Assembly (NCBI RefSeq): GCF_009914755.1
Contig: NC_060936.1
DNA length: 64,000 bases
Origin: the human T2T-CHM13v2.0 reference genome, Homo sapiens
Direction: 5' to 3' (one strand)
Shown here piece after piece: positions 36,733 to 53,984 of this stretch (positions within the stretch are counted from its first letter, which is position 1; the number at the start of each line of letters is the position of its first letter). The notes under the pieces were generated by a model. The model was not told the origin of the DNA, did no database searches, and saw nothing but the letters and a program-made list of their open reading frames with translations. The position numbers and the translations under genes were made by a program.

Positions 36733-37119
36733 GAGGCTGGTATTTTCAAATTTCAATTCTAGCTGTCAGGGAGAGAGAAATTGATTGGCCCACCAGGGAC
36801 CAGGTGTTTGCTTCTGGTCCATTCTTCTATAACCAGGGAGACATTTATATATATAAACTTGGCTGCTGAGGCCCAACCCTCAAAACATAGAGATTTGAGC
36901 AACATTAGAATAAATTCTTTTATTTATGGAATTATTTCTATAGGCATATGTCATAACCTTTTATTTTCTTTTTAAGAAATCAAGTCTACTTAATATGATA
37001 ATAATATAGTCAAAGAAGTACACAGCCACGTATGGCTGGATTTGATTTCTTATCCAATAGCTGGATCTGAGAAAAGGTTGTTCAGTTACATTCCAGAAGC
37101 TTCAGTAGCAAAACTGCTC

Positions 37120-37607
37120 TTTTTTCCCCCAACTTTTACTTTATATTCAGAGGGTACATGTGCAGGTTTTTTACTGAGGTATATCGTGTCATGCTGAGGT
37201 TTTGGGTATGAATGGTCCCATCACCCAGACACTGAGCATAGTATACAGTAGTTTTTCAACCCTTGCTCTCCTCTCTCCCTCTCACCTCTAGGCATCCCTA
37301 GTGCCTAGTATTGCCATCTTTATGTCCATAAGTACCTGATGTGTAGCTCTCATTTGTAAGTGAGAACATACGGTATTTGTTTTTCTTTTCCTGCATTTCT
37401 TTGCTTAGAATAATGGCCTCCAGCTGCATCTATGTTGCTGCAAAGGACATGATTTTGATTTTTTATGGCTGCATAGAATTCCATGGTGTTTATATACCAC
37501 ATTTTCTTTATCCAAGCCACTGTTGATGGGAACCTAAATTGATTCTGTGTCTTTGCTATTGTGAATAGTGCTGCGATAAACATGTGAGTGCCCTTGTCTT
37601 TTTGGTA
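37120..37607 (-). mobile_element. L1PA/PB-type 3' end
   Basis: ORF 37350-37583 MFIAALFTIAK...WIKKMWYINTMEFYAAIK matches the L1 ORF2p C-terminus; primate L1 3'UTR. Confidence 0.92.
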
Positions 37608-37721
37608 TTAATAGAGTGGTTTGTTTTCTTACGGATATATACCTGAAACTATTCTTGTTAAGTGAGTCAACAAGGCCCACCTGGCAGAAGAGGAAACCCA
37701 AGAACATTAAATCAGTTAAGA

Positions 37722-37957
37722 TGGAGGCCAAGGCGGGTGGATCACTGGAGCTCACGAATTCAAGACCAGCTTGGGCAACATGGCGAAAGTTCATCTCTAC
37801 AAAAAATACAAAACTAGCCAGGCATGATGGCGTGCACCTGTAGTCACAGCTACTCAGGAGGCTGAGGTGGGAGGCTGGCTTGGGTCTGGGAGGCAGAGGT
37901 TGCAGTGAGCCAAGATTGTGCCTCTGCACTCCAGCCTGGGTGATAGAGCCAGACTTT
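37722..37957 (+). mobile_element. 5'-truncated Alu
   Basis: Starts at ggaggccaaggcgggtggatcac. Confidence 0.9.
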
Positions 37958-38075
37958 GTATATATATGTGTGTGTACATATATATATATATGTGTGTGTG
38001 TGTGTATATATGTAATACATATATATTACATACCTAATATATATAATATATATGTAATAAACATCATGTATATAT
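37958..38075. repeat. (TA/TG)n low-complexity tail
   Basis: Directly visible. Confidence 0.85.
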
Positions 38076-41000
38076 GATGTTTATTAGCCCTCCAATGCTT
38101 GAAATCAGGGGTTGGAATCAAGGCTAACCAACTCTGGTCTGGTCACCATCACTGAATGCTTGCGGTAGCCATGTGAACATTGTTTATTGTCGTATACTCC
38201 TGGGAGAGTCCCAGGGATGAGCTTTTATAAAGTTGCAGACGGGAAAGGGACTCTCACTTTGGAGAGAATTAAGCATGTCACCCAGTTGCCTAACAAGTTA
38301 TTGCTGTGCAGGCAAAAAACAGACAAAAGACTCACCCAACTCTAAGATTTTTTTGATGGACTTCTCTAAGTTCATTATGATAAAGTTAATATTATGATTT
38401 TTCCAGTTCTCAATATTTTGGGTCTAACCCTTTTTTTATTACTTTATGTATATGTTCTGGGCTCCGTAGACTCTCTGGAGTGACAAGAAAATCTTGAAAA
38501 ATAAAAGGCGAGGTCTATTGGAGAGCTGTTCGTGGATGATTCTGATACGTGCTCTTGGTTAAGAATCACTGCTCTGGTTTTCTTCCCAGTGCCTCTTACC
38601 CACCACTGTTAGATCAGTTCTTTAAACACCACTTAAACTCCCACTTTTGTCAGCAACCTCCTCTTGACAGTCAAGCTCCTTAGTCTGGCATGTAGCACTC
38701 ACCATTACTTGGTGTGAGTCCTGAATTCTGAGCAGCCAGTGTCTCCTTATCTGTCACATTCGTACTCATTTTTATGACTTTGCAGGTCTTGCTGAAAATT
38801 CTTCCTTAACTTGCCTTGAGAACCACCTTTTCCACCAAGCATTCCCAATGAATGTAGCTCGTGGTGTTCTTTCCTTCCAAATTCCTGTTCTCTTATCTCT
38901 ACTGCTTATAACCCAATACTTGACTATATATTGTCTTGTATAAATGAAGTCTTTTCTATCAAAGTAGATGTTCATTTTCTTAGGAGGAGGAATGTCTTTG
39001 GTATCCTGTACAAAATCTAGCATAGCCTGGTACTCAAAGTCACCTTAATCATACACTAAATGGTATCTTTATTGATGGGTTGTCGATAAACCTCCTGCTT
39101 TATCCTGTATCCAATTAAAATGATCCCTCGTCAGTTTTTCCTCTGATTCAAACATTTTACCCCACATTGTTTCTGCAATTAGACAGAAAAGTAAGCATCT
39201 GTGAAGTCAACCTTTTTGCTTTTTTTACTCTGAAGTGCTGCTTTTTTTTTCAGTAAGTTGTGGTTTTAAAAAAATCCAGTTATTTGAATGACATTTATTA
39301 TTTTTGCAGTTAATAAATGTATTTTAAGTTTTTAAATCCACAGTGTAGATAAGGCCCTAGAAGCAAGTGTAGACTTCGTCCACAGCTGTACTCCATCGGC
39401 CACTGACAGTCTTATTGCATTATTTCAACGGCACAAGCAATCATTTACACTTGTTATTACCCAGGGGCATTTCAAACTGTTACTGAAATGCATCCATCCC
39501 TGGAGTAACCATCTGTGAATGGTAATGCCATAAGGTAGAGAGACTAAATCTAATTGATATGCAAAAAGGAGAATTTCAGCTGTCCAGCTATGGAGATTCA
39601 AATTCAACCTTTAATAGGCTGAGGATTTCAGCTAAATTTTTAAAATCATGATATCTAGTTCAGGCACTCATCTTTTAGGTTTCTCACAGATTAAAGTACA
39701 GCCGTCTTCCTTGAAGTAAGAACATCTCAAAGTCAAAAATACTTGTTTATTGTAAAACAAAATGCTACAGAGAAAGGAAAGTTCTTGTAAAATACAAAGA
39801 GATCGCTTTTGTTGCTATATAATAGCAAAGCAGCTGCACCTTTCCTTGGTTTTTACACTTGTTTGTGCCTCAAATTGCCTGAAAGAAAAAAAGGGAAAAT
39901 AAGAAAATGCTTTCAGATTTCAGTTGCATTAAAACATAAAAAAAATTGGGAGCAACATTTGTTAAGATATTAAGATATAGTCATTTACATTAAGTGGTTT
40001 TATAAAAGTGATTTATAATCTTTTAAAGTTATCTCCCCCTTTCTTATGACACGTAACCCTAAAAGAGCCATTTAAATTAGCTGTCAGGCAAGATGTACCA
40101 GGCCTTTCCAGTGATCCCAGCCCACCTGGACATATCTAGCAATTCTGCAGACCAGCACATACTTCTGGAAAGATGTTGCATGGTGATTTATAGATCTGTG
40201 TGGACACATAACACCTTTACAATGGAGTGAGGTCTTGAAATAGCCCTGCTGTTGCTGCCCATTGAGAGATAAGTATTCTCCTGAGGTATTCCCCAACAGC
40301 TGGAAATGAAGTAGCAGCTCTTGTCAGTCTGTGACAGGAGTGGATTATCAGACATTTGTAAAGAGACAACAGCAGAATCAGGCCTTTTTGCAATAAAATT
40401 GCACACATAGATATTATTGCTCCTCCAGCGTTTCATATGCAGTGTCAAGGCACGCTACAGTTCAGGCAGCAGGCAAGCAGCTCTGTTTGAATGGTGGGAC
40501 AAACATACCTCTGTGTGTGAGGTGCCTGCACTTGCCCTGCTTTGTCAGGGAGGACACAATGCCACTTTCTCTGCTCCTCAGCATAGCTCAATTCCAGCTC
40601 CCGGGATGAATTAATAAAGAGATATAGCCGAGGGCAGTCTTAGTTGGGGCTCAGGTTACCAGCTGTCACATTACTGAAATCTCAGGATATGCTTACAGTA
40701 ATTGAAGGAAAGCACATTAGGGTTATATTGACTCAGAATGAGGCACTCTCTGGGAGATCACCGTGAACAGCATTTTGGGAGCAACCTAGATCATTTCCCC
40801 TAAAATTCTGACATTTGCTTTTTGGTCTTCTGGGCTCCAGGTACTTATTACTCTTTCCTGAAGAGCTGTTAACTGGCTGTCAAGTTTACATTTTGAAATA
40901 GTGCCATGATGGCATCCCTATGCTTGGTATTATTTACCCCACGGAGGAGATGTGTGTATTGCAGAACACTCATGTTTAGATCAGCCAAGAGAACTGCTTG

Positions 41001-42223
41001 GAACAATCCTAGAAGCAGGCAAAGCTGCATTTTATGTTCTTCATATATTATTTGAAAATTACTAGTGGTCAAGAAACATTCCAACTGTTTGAATTCTCCT
41101 CTCCAAACAGGAAAATTCTGTAAAATTGTTTTTCATATATATATGTATAACACACATACATTTTATAACACATACATACACATATAAGCATATACTAAAT
41201 GAGTTAGTAAATATACAACACTTTGAACTGTTGCCTGGGATATAATTACTGGCATAATTACATGTGCTCGTTATTATTTTTCTAAATCAAAGGTCTGGTT
41301 TTCATAGGCTTAAAAAATAATAAAATTGGATGTTAATGGTACAAGTTTTGAAAATATTTGATATTGATTCAGGAGATGAAACTGTCTAGAAATTACTCTT
41401 GTCTATTATAATTAAGTCCAGAGTCTTATTTTCAGAGATAAGTACTTGATCCCTACTTTTGTGTGTCAATTTGAATTTAATTTTTTAATGCATGTCTTTT
41501 AATACTACCCTTTATTATAGATGCAGACGTTAATGAAGAATCCAGTCCCATTTGTACAAATGCCAAGGAGTTTACCCTCTATTGAAGGGATGAAATGTTG
41601 GTAGAGCAAATGCAGGTGTATTATTATGATTACTTTTGGATACTTTGTATTAACAAATTTTCAGACACATTCCTAAAGATTCTGGGGGGCTGGAGCAAGC
41701 AGGCAAACAGAGGTCCACATACTCTATGTGTAAATACTAAAAGTGATCAATCAAGGGTGCTCTCCACCCTTTCTGCTTCTTCTGGAAGCTACCAAGATTC
41801 CTGGGTGCCCAAGGATACCTGTTGGGTGGTTGCAGGGGCCACCTAACCCCAAATTTCCTTGCCACCATTCCCTTCATCCTCTCAGCATGACAGCTGGTTT
41901 CCTACTTTTCCTCTTCTTCCCCCTTTTTTCTGTCTTTGGCCAAAGCTTAGTGAATTTTACCTTAGAGATTTTACTTTTAACCTATTCCCATATTTTAAAT
42001 GTTTCCACGTATTCACTGCAGTGTGCTGATGGTTGGAGGTGGTAATACAGTTTCTTGGTTAAGGTGTGGTCTTTGGAATTTGACTGCCTGTTTAGGTCCT
42101 GGCTCCCCACTATTAGCTGTGAGACCCTGGGCAAATTACTTAACTTTTCTGTGGCTCAGGTTCCAGATGTAAAATGAAATTTTTAAAAAAGCAACACCTT
42201 TAAGTTTTCTTAAGAATTAAATG

Positions 42224-42703
<480 letters not shown>

Positions 42704-43096
42704 ATTAAGTGAGTTAATATGTGGAAAGAATACCTCTGGTATATAGGAAACACTCAACAAATATTAGCTATTCTTTTTCTTGGAACTCTGAAGGTGGCAG
42801 ACTTGCTCCCTCTTCCTGTGTGGAGAGAAGCCCATGTACTTTATTTGTGGACAGTCATCTGTGATTCTCATGAATGGCTTTGCTTCCTTCTCATGTGGCT
42901 TTCACACTTATGCAGAGCTTTGTTAGAACCTCTGCTGCATCCTGCAGTGTGAAATTTACATTCCCACCTCTCCATCTCCATTGGTTTGTGAGCCCTTCAA
43001 AGGCAAAAATTGTGTTCTTTGGTTTTGTTTTCCTAGGGCCTTGCACAGCACTTGCCACTCTTGATTAAGCATGCTTAAGAAATGCTTGTTGAGTGA

Positions 43097-43438
<342 letters not shown>

Positions 43439-44139
43439 TCATCAAACGTTTGATTTATCGGTTTCCTAGCATATAAACTAGCTGCGAAGATGTGTATTTT
43501 TTTGAGAAGCCATGTGGAGAGAGTAGGGGACACAGAATCTGCTCTTCAGGCATGCTGACAGCAAAAAGTGACTACTAGTAGGCCATGAGGGATGGAAGAG
43601 AGAAATACTATAAAAAGCATAGTTGTCTGGGGCTATTTAAGGAAGACACAATAACACACTGCACATCCCAGGACCCCTTTCAGGCATCACTATAATAGCA
43701 TGGTGTAAGAACTGTGTCCTCTCAGTCCTGTTCAGCTTCAGCCACTACTATCCTTTGTCTATTAATACAGCACCAACCACTTGGTCCCAAAGGAACGTTC
43801 TGGCGAGAAATGTGCAGAGTGAATCAGTTCGCCAGCAGGTGCGATTCTGGAATTGTTTGGCTGCCAGAGACCCGGTATTTGGTGTGTCCGTCATTACTGG
43901 GTGTTTGTGTCCCCAAGCCAGAGTCATCATGTTGACCATCCTCCTGAACTGGGGCTCTGGTTGGATTCCCACCTGTTTACCTGGTGCCTTAACGTTCTTC
44001 TCCACTTATCTTGCCATACCCTTCCTGGAGAGGAAAGAAGACAATTAATTTCTACCTGTAGTTTGGGTTCTCCTTCAAGAGAAATTACAAAACTGCCTGC
44101 CTTGGACCCAGAGCTTTCCTTCTTTAGGATGGTTTGGGC

Positions 44140-44355
44140 CTGACAGCCTGAGGTTTGAATCTGGTCTCCACCATTTCCTAGTTCATATTCACTCTCAGCA
44201 AATATTTAACTCTCTAAGCCTCAAATTTCTCACCCACAAAATAGGGATAATAATATCCTGTTGTTGTGCCCTTAGATGACGCATATGGCATCTAACACAT
44301 ACTTAGCATGTGGTTTAGTCTGGCACATACTTAGTATTCAGCAAATGGTAGCTGC
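44140..44355 (+). mobile_element. MIR fragment
   Basis: ttaactctctaagcctcaaatttctcacc...aaaatagggataataata. Confidence 0.7.
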
Positions 44356-46624
44356 TACCCCTCCCACGGCCATGTCCCAGCTACTGGAATAGCTCACTCT
44401 GGATATTGTTCACTTCTGGAACCAAGCCCACCTTTGCCAGGCAGCCTCGGCTAATCCCTTAGAGATGTCCCCACAGCAAGGGAATCTCTGCTAGCATGCC
44501 TTCCATGGCCTGTTTTGACAAGATGTTTATAATTCTCCAGGTTGTTAAGAAAAGGTTTTATCTTTAAAATGTAAAGCCATCGTTAGCTAAGCTAGCTTAA
44601 AAATTCTATTGTATACTTTAGAAATATTTCCACAAATATGGCTAAAATAAATGTAACCACTCTTGGAGAGGCAATGTTCATTTATCTTGAAATGGAAGTG
44701 CCTCACTTTTTTTTTTTTAATGGAGCCTCAATACAGTCTGAAAACCAGGTGGAAAGTGTTTTTCAGTATCAAGTGTGGTAAATAAGAGCTAACTGATTCA
44801 AATTAGTTTTATTCCTTATCATCTGATATGAAAATCTGAATCATCTTGAAATACAGTGGTGCCCCTTAAAATTGCTTTTCTGTCTTATATTCATTCATTC
44901 ATGCAGCAATTTAGGGTTTATTATATACAAGGTAGTAAGGTGGGTAGATATTCCTGTTTGTGACTGTTGAAACATTTTTTATTAAGTTTCAGGTATCATA
45001 CACACATACACAGATACACACATGTGTTTTGTTTTTTCCCCTCTTATTAAAACTTAACACATGAAGGTAGATAATATTTCAATTGTACTTAAGCACTATC
45101 TAAATTTGCTTTATGTGCAGCAAGACTATGATATAACCTTGTAAATATCTAACTTCATTAAAAACACACATTTATACAGAATAGGTTAACTCTGTGGCTC
45201 TCTGAGCAATATCTTAACCTTTAGTCTGGAAGCCTTAATGACACACTAATATCTAATATTGCCTATAACTTCTTCAGATCCGGAAAGAAAAGTGATATAA
45301 ATGTCATTATGTCTTGAGACTCACCTAAATGCAATCTTTAACATGACTTACTGAGCCCCCAACATGGTAAAAGATCTTAGCCTGAAAACACTCCTTGTCA
45401 AATCATTGCCCATCATAGTGCTGAGTAGTAATCTCTCCAGGCTGAAAGATGGCATGCCGTATAACAAATGAAAGGGAGCTGACACTAGAAAGAACATTAG
45501 TGAAATCAATATGATTCAACCAGAGACACAGACTCCGTTAATGGTATGTCAATATGACCAATTATTTCCACAGCACTGACATCATGATTGTATTTTTTTC
45601 TTCATCTTTAGGAGAGAACAGTTTTACTTAACCGTAATTGTTGAATTATAGCCATTGGCCGAGAAAGTCTTGGATGTTTTACATTGTTATCGTTACCAGT
45701 TTCAATTTGTCTTTATTTGATATCTAAACTCCTGATCATAACTTACCATAGTTTGAAGGTTAAGATCAATAAAGTGGACCAAACATTCAGTGAATTGTGA
45801 ATTCTAGAAATGCCTGATGGTATCCACTGCCCAGGGAATAAGATGTAATGGAAGCAGGCAGAACTTGAAGAGCAATCAGAGATTGTAAATATAATCAGAA
45901 TTGAATTCATATAGTTATTTTGTTAATTTCTGCTTCCTCAACTAGACTGTAAGCTTCTTAAGTGCAGGGAAGTATATATTTTACTTGTCATTGTATTTGT
46001 CATTCTATGCCATGTCTATCACCTGGCATAGAAGGCACTGGATGAATATTTTTTGAATAATTTTCTAACTTTTCATGAATTTTTGTTCAATTTTCTCATA
46101 TTGGGAAGCTGCCAGTTTTAGAGTTATACCAACACTGCCATAATAAAAAAAAGCTGTCAAGATCAGGAAACTGCAGATACTTTCGCAGGTTCCAGAACCA
46201 GCAAAGGAATGCCCCTTACCATACCCGTCAGCACCCATGAAGTAAGGGAATGGACACTGCAACTTCTGGTAGCACCATCACAGAGAAGGGAAGTGCCTTC
46301 GTGAGCAGGCTTGATGGCAGCAACAGCCATCCCTCGGTCTCACATCCCCCTTTGTAATCCCACAGGCATGTGTCTGATTGGTGGATTCTAAACCACCCTC
46401 AGAAATGTAGCTGCAAAGGAGTATGAAATGTGCAGGTTTTAATATTCCAGCCTCTGCTGGAAAGAAGGCTTACAGAAAGAAGTTGGAATGGATGTTGAGT
46501 GCCAATCTACTGTATCTATTCTACTTCCTTAAAGCTTACATTCCATTAACAGTCTTTGGAAGAATGTAATATAGGCGAAGATTTTTCAGTGCCAAAAAAT
46601 AACTGACATGGATAAATGACATGA

Positions 46625-46826
46625 GGCAGTGATTAAGTATGGGCTCCAGAGTGATGCTGTCTGAAGTCAAATCCTCTTCCACCTCTATGGGAATCCATTT
46701 CCATATCTATAAAATGGGTATCATCTTTCTTCAAAATATGGCTTTGAGGAATAAATAAGAAAAACAGTACGATATGCCTAGCAGAGTGCCTGGCTAATGG
46801 TAATTCATCAATAGAGGTTAGCTATT
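46625..46826 (+). mobile_element. MIR fragment
   Basis: gtgattaagtatgggctc...atctataaaatggg...gtgcctggc. Confidence 0.65.
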
Positions 46827-46905
46827 ATACTTCCAATCCTTATTCTTCAAATTTTTGTTTTCCTGGCAGGAAACGGAGATTCTTTAATTAAAAATTAAAA
46901 TTTGA

Positions 46906-47220
<315 letters not shown>

Positions 47221-48173
47221 TTATAATTTTAAATTATGGTTTTAACATATTTAGTTGAAAAGGACTCTTCCAAAGCCTCATGAATATCTCTTACACATGT
47301 TAAATGATAACGCAGGGGTCTTGAGTTCTGAGGATTGTTCCAGTATTTCTACTTGCTTTTTATTAGCTCCACACCTAAGCAACCCCAAATTGAGAACGAT
47401 TTTCATTATAATAGATTTTCATATAACATTTTATTATTTAATTCTTCCTGCCTTCTTTTCATTAATTTATGCAGCATTTGAGGGTTTATTATGTACTAGG
47501 GTACTGAGGTGGATAGGTACTTCTGTTTTATTTGAATGATATAAATTCTTATTTCTTTAATAATATTTTTATTATAAGACTAATACATGTTTATTGTGGA
47601 GAATTTGACAATAAACAAGTGTATAGAGAATAACATTAAATCACCTATAATCCCACTCTACAGGGCTGTTGGTAGCAAAGTGATATTTTCCTCTAGTGTT
47701 TTTCTTGCATATCCTTACTTTTTAGGAAGACATTATGTATTCAGTTTGGTATCCTGCTTGTTCACTCAAGACTGTATTATGAGCATGTTTCTGTGCCATT
47801 AAATATTCTTGGAAAACATTTTAATGGCTTGATAGTCTTTTATTATATGAAATATAAAAATATAAAAATTGCTGTTTCCCGTTTTCCAGTATTGTAGTCA
47901 TGTCTTTGGAACATAGATTCTGGTGCTCACCAAATATTCCATGTGGCCCTTTCTATTTCCTGCCTTCCTGTTTTGTTGAGTTAGAATCATGAGACTGATA
48001 TGAGTCAGTGGCCCATGAACAGAATCCACTAGTACCACTCACAGGCCAATGGTCAGAACCCAAGACCCCTGCGTTATCATTTCACATGTGTAAGAGATGT
48101 TCATGAAGCTTTGGACTAGTCTTTTTCAACTAAATATGCTAAAGCCAAAATTAAAAACTATCAAATTTCAAAA

Positions 48174-48272
48174 TTTTTTTTTTATTTTCTGTTTTTTAAG
48201 ACAGAGTCTCACTTTGTCTTCCAGGCTGGAGTGCAGCAGCACAATCATAGCTCACTGCAGCCTCCATCTCCC
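48174..48272 (-). mobile_element. AluJ 3' fragment
   Basis: agacagagtctcac...ctcactgcagcctcc. Confidence 0.85.
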
Positions 48273-49425
48273 GTGTGTTTCCTTTCTTCCCTTCTTCTCT
48301 TAGTGAAACGAACTTAGAAGTGGCATATGGCGAATGTCACAGCTATAAGTTGGAGGAGGAACTACCAGTCTACTTTCAACTTTACCTAGACTGATGTTGA
48401 GTCAAATCATTGAGACTTACAGATTTGTCTATTATAGCAGCTTGTGTTAATTATCCTGATAATGTATAGAATGTATCTTGTTTACCAATGGTATTGATTT
48501 ATTGTTATATTTTTTAAGGAATCTTTGCAGTTTTAATGGCCATGCTATTATGCCCCAATTCTCATTAGCGCACTTAAAAATCAGTTCTTTCCACCCTGTA
48601 AACTGAAAATAAATCAGAATATATGGTTCAAAAGTGAAAGACTAAAGAAAGTTTACTACCACGCAATCCTATCTTTGTCTCTTTCTCTTTTTTATTGGCG
48701 TCAAACTACTCAGTATTTTAGACTGCAAAATTTCCACTGCATGGAGGAAAGTAAATGGATTGGGATTATTTCCTGCAGGTAAATGAAACTTTATGGTATT
48801 TGTTATGGAGGCAAGTAGGGTACTTAGAGAAAGCCAAATATAACCTGTCCCTCCCTATCTTTTCCTTAGTTGTGAGGGTCAAAGGGGCACATTACAGTCT
48901 GGATTCAGAAACCCCTTTCAACAGCACGTAGATAGTTAAAGAGAAAGATTGTTCTTCAAGGGCCTCTAAGGACAAAAGTGAATCCATTAACACTCTAGGA
49001 AGCAGTGTGACTACTGGAAGAAAGACATTCAAGAGGTAAAATGGATTTTAGAAGGTCACAGGAGCCAATTGTCAGTGTTTGTACTCTTCATCAAAATTAT
49101 TTTTAATGAGCTCCCTGACAACTGCGCATCCTGACAGCACGGGTGAAGTGGCTCATCTGGGGTCATGCCCGTGCCTGACACTGCCCTAATTAGCTGACAC
49201 TGCTCTGCTTTGCTGAAGCACAGGGAGGTCTCTCGAGAAAGATCCAGAAGGGACCATGATAAATCGGGCAAAATATTCCTTGAGAGCCTGAGGTTCACAT
49301 GAGAGCTCAGAGGAATTACAATAAAGATGGATTAGGAAAATGGAATATTAGGAGGGGAAAGACTAGAGTTACTAGAAGAGATATTTGAAAAGAGATTCCA
49401 GGATTTACTGGACAGGTTTGTTTAA

Positions 49426-49903
<478 letters not shown>

Positions 49904-50202
49904 GTATTTGAGTTGATGCTCTGTCAAAACTCATTTATCAAGAGGATTTGGTTTTAGGCAACGAAACCTTGCCTCAAACTCATTTCCAACTCAGCGGGTT
50001 TGAAGATGTGCAAGGATTCAGCTGTTCAAAAGCAAAACATGATAAAACAATGCAGAACACCTCAAAACCATAGAGAAGTACCTGTGGAACTGTTCAGGAG
50101 TCCTAAAGGGGCTCATTCTAAGTGGAAAATTATTGTTACTCTTTCTTGAGTTGTTTCTGTGAATTACGAAAAAGGCCTATCTCAGTGAACAGACCATGTT
50201 GA

Positions 50203-50809
<607 letters not shown>

Positions 50810-50959
50810 AGTTAAAGTAAACCTGATAACCTGTATTTAAATGAATAAAAGGGATAAGACTAGGGGAGAATAAAGCTGTCCACATTTGTAAGCCTCTACC
50901 AAGCACAGTGCCTGATGTGGGATTACAGACAGGCGCCTGTCTCAGTGAGATCATAGCAT

Positions 50960-51165
50960 CAGTAATCCCTGTACCGTATGTAGTCCCAGATTGGAATCCT
51001 TGACCGAAGGCAAGTTCTCAACCTCTCTAAGACTCAGTTACAAAAAAGAGGGCATAATAGTGTCTCTTGCCTTATAGGTTTTGGTGAAAATTGAATACGA
51101 AAACATCAGTAAGGATGTGGCATGGTGCCTGACAATCTTTAGATGCCCAATAAGTGGTAGCTAGT
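50960..51165 (+). mobile_element. MIR fragment
   Basis: ggcaagttctcaacctctctaagactcagtt. Confidence 0.6.
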
Positions 51166-51670
51166 ATCAACATAGAAATAAAATTGAAAAGATACACACA
51201 CAATGTTTGCATTGGTTATCCTTGGGTAATGGGTTTTAACTTTGTTTCCTAGATTTTAAATTTTTCCACCATAACACGTATTGCCTTTATAATAACATAA
51301 TTCACTTGTTTTAAGTCGATTCAGGAAGCTTCTGATTCTATATCATAAATTCTAAATGTTCCCTTCTATTTTCCAGAGTCAAGTTTAGATTATCTAGATC
51401 ATGAAATAATCAGATATTTTCAGCTATTACCTAACTCATGAGTGTGTGGAATGCTGTGGCTTTCTGTTATTAGAATGAAATAAAAATGAAAAATAAATTG
51501 CTTATCAATATTCTGAGATAGCAAAGCAATGATGCATTTATGATAGACTGGATGATAGGATTTGTTTTTGCTGAACTTATTCATACATATTTGTGTTTTG
51601 CTTAGACTTTAAAATTGTTTCTTTTTCTATGAGCACATAGCAATAACTGGGAAGTGGCTGAGAATCATTC

Positions 51671-51982
<312 letters not shown>

Positions 51983-52044
51983 TGACAGGGATTTCCCTAT
52001 TGCTGGGTGCTAAGTGATTGAGGGAAACCCAGAAACAGCTTTGT

Positions 52045-52219
52045 GTTGTGGTTAACAGCACAGATTCTGGAGCCAGGCTTCCTTGTACCAAATCTCAGCC
52101 CTACCGCTAACTAGCTTTTTGACTTCAGTGAAGTTTCTTAACTTCCTTGTGATTATTTTCCTCATCTTTGAAAAAGGAATAATGTCCTCAATAGGTAACA
52201 TGAAGGTTAAAAGGAGATG

Positions 52220-52262
<43 letters not shown>

Positions 52263-52330
52263 CTTGTGTATCTCATCCCTAAACAAAGCCTGGCTCATAG
52301 TAGGCCCTATATAAGTGCTTGTTACTATGA
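52045..52330 (+). mobile_element. MIR containing (TG)n at 52222-52259
   Basis: gtggttaacagcacagattctggagccagg...cctcatctttgaaaaaggaataat. Confidence 0.75.
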
Positions 52331-52827
52331 TTGAAAGTTGGATATATTTTTAAATTTCTATTTTTCAATCTTTTGCAAAGAAGGAAAACACAACTTTGAT
52401 AAAGGTAATTTTGGTAGACATTCTCTAACATGTAAACTGCTTGTGTAAACTGGGAAATACCAGATTGCTCTAAATTAATTAGTTCTATATTTGTTCAATT
52501 ACACTGGATTGTGTTCTGTGTTTTTATTTTGTTTTGTTTCTTGTTTTCTACTCACATGGTGAGACTTGGCTTGGGTGAGTCATTTCTTTGAAGACCCTCA
52601 GTTCATACTAAGGGGCAAAAGCAGATGAGGGTCCAGGGCAAGGCATGGAAGCCAACTGCTCAGTGGTTTCAACCCGGGCTTCATGGGAAAAGGATGGGAG
52701 GGTGGGGTTGGGTGTCCTTGAGATTGAGGTGAGAACAGTTGCCTGAGAACAGGAACCAGAAAGTCCTAACAGCGGTCGATCACTGATAACATTTGTGCTG
52801 AAAACATTTCAGGCCCAAACTGTCTCA

Positions 52828-53200
<373 letters not shown>

Positions 53201-53662
53201 CCAAAATTGACCATTGAGAAAAACCCTTGCTTTGTGCCCATCTGTTGTGAGGAGATGGGACAGCCTTGCCCCTGCATGGAATCTGCTCAGGAGCTTTAGT
53301 TTCTGTAGTAGAAGGTGGGCTCTGTGATTAACTCTGTGGAGTTTAAGGATCTGGGTTCAGTGAGCACTCAGGCTCTGATGGGGAATTGTACCTGGAACGG
53401 TTAATTATCTCGTAAAAAGATCAATGGAAAAATTATTTTCAAGAAAAATAATAGATAAAATTTACCTACTCTGATACTTAGCACAATAAATATTTATTGA
53501 ACTGTTGAATCTTTTCTAGGTATTTGAAGTTTTATTTTCAGGCTAGTGGCTTTTGAATTCTGCCACAGGAGAATTCAGTTCTCCTTCTGAGGCCTTCTGA
53601 GGAGGGGAGAGAGTGAAAGGAAGGGAAGAAGCAGCTTGGCCTGGACCCATTTTTTCCATTAA

Positions 53663-53824
<162 letters not shown>

Positions 53825-53984
53825 TAGAAGGTTCTCTTTGAAGAAAAGTTTTCTCTGCTAACCACACTTTGAAAAATTATTTCTGTAGGAAAATGATATA
53901 TTATCCTTCGATAACCTAGGTCGCTGGACAGCTTTTGTTAAAAAGTTCTACCCATGTGGCTTTAGCTTCCAAAGATACACTTCC

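Noticed and set aside
37350-37583. ORF resembling the L1 ORF2p C-terminus
   Set aside because: Real L1 homology, but a short dead fragment; reported as a repeat
43065-43078. 14-bp palindrome TTAAGCATGCTTAA; similar ones at ~20790 and ~44588
   Set aside because: A few palindromes of this length are expected by chance in 64 kb
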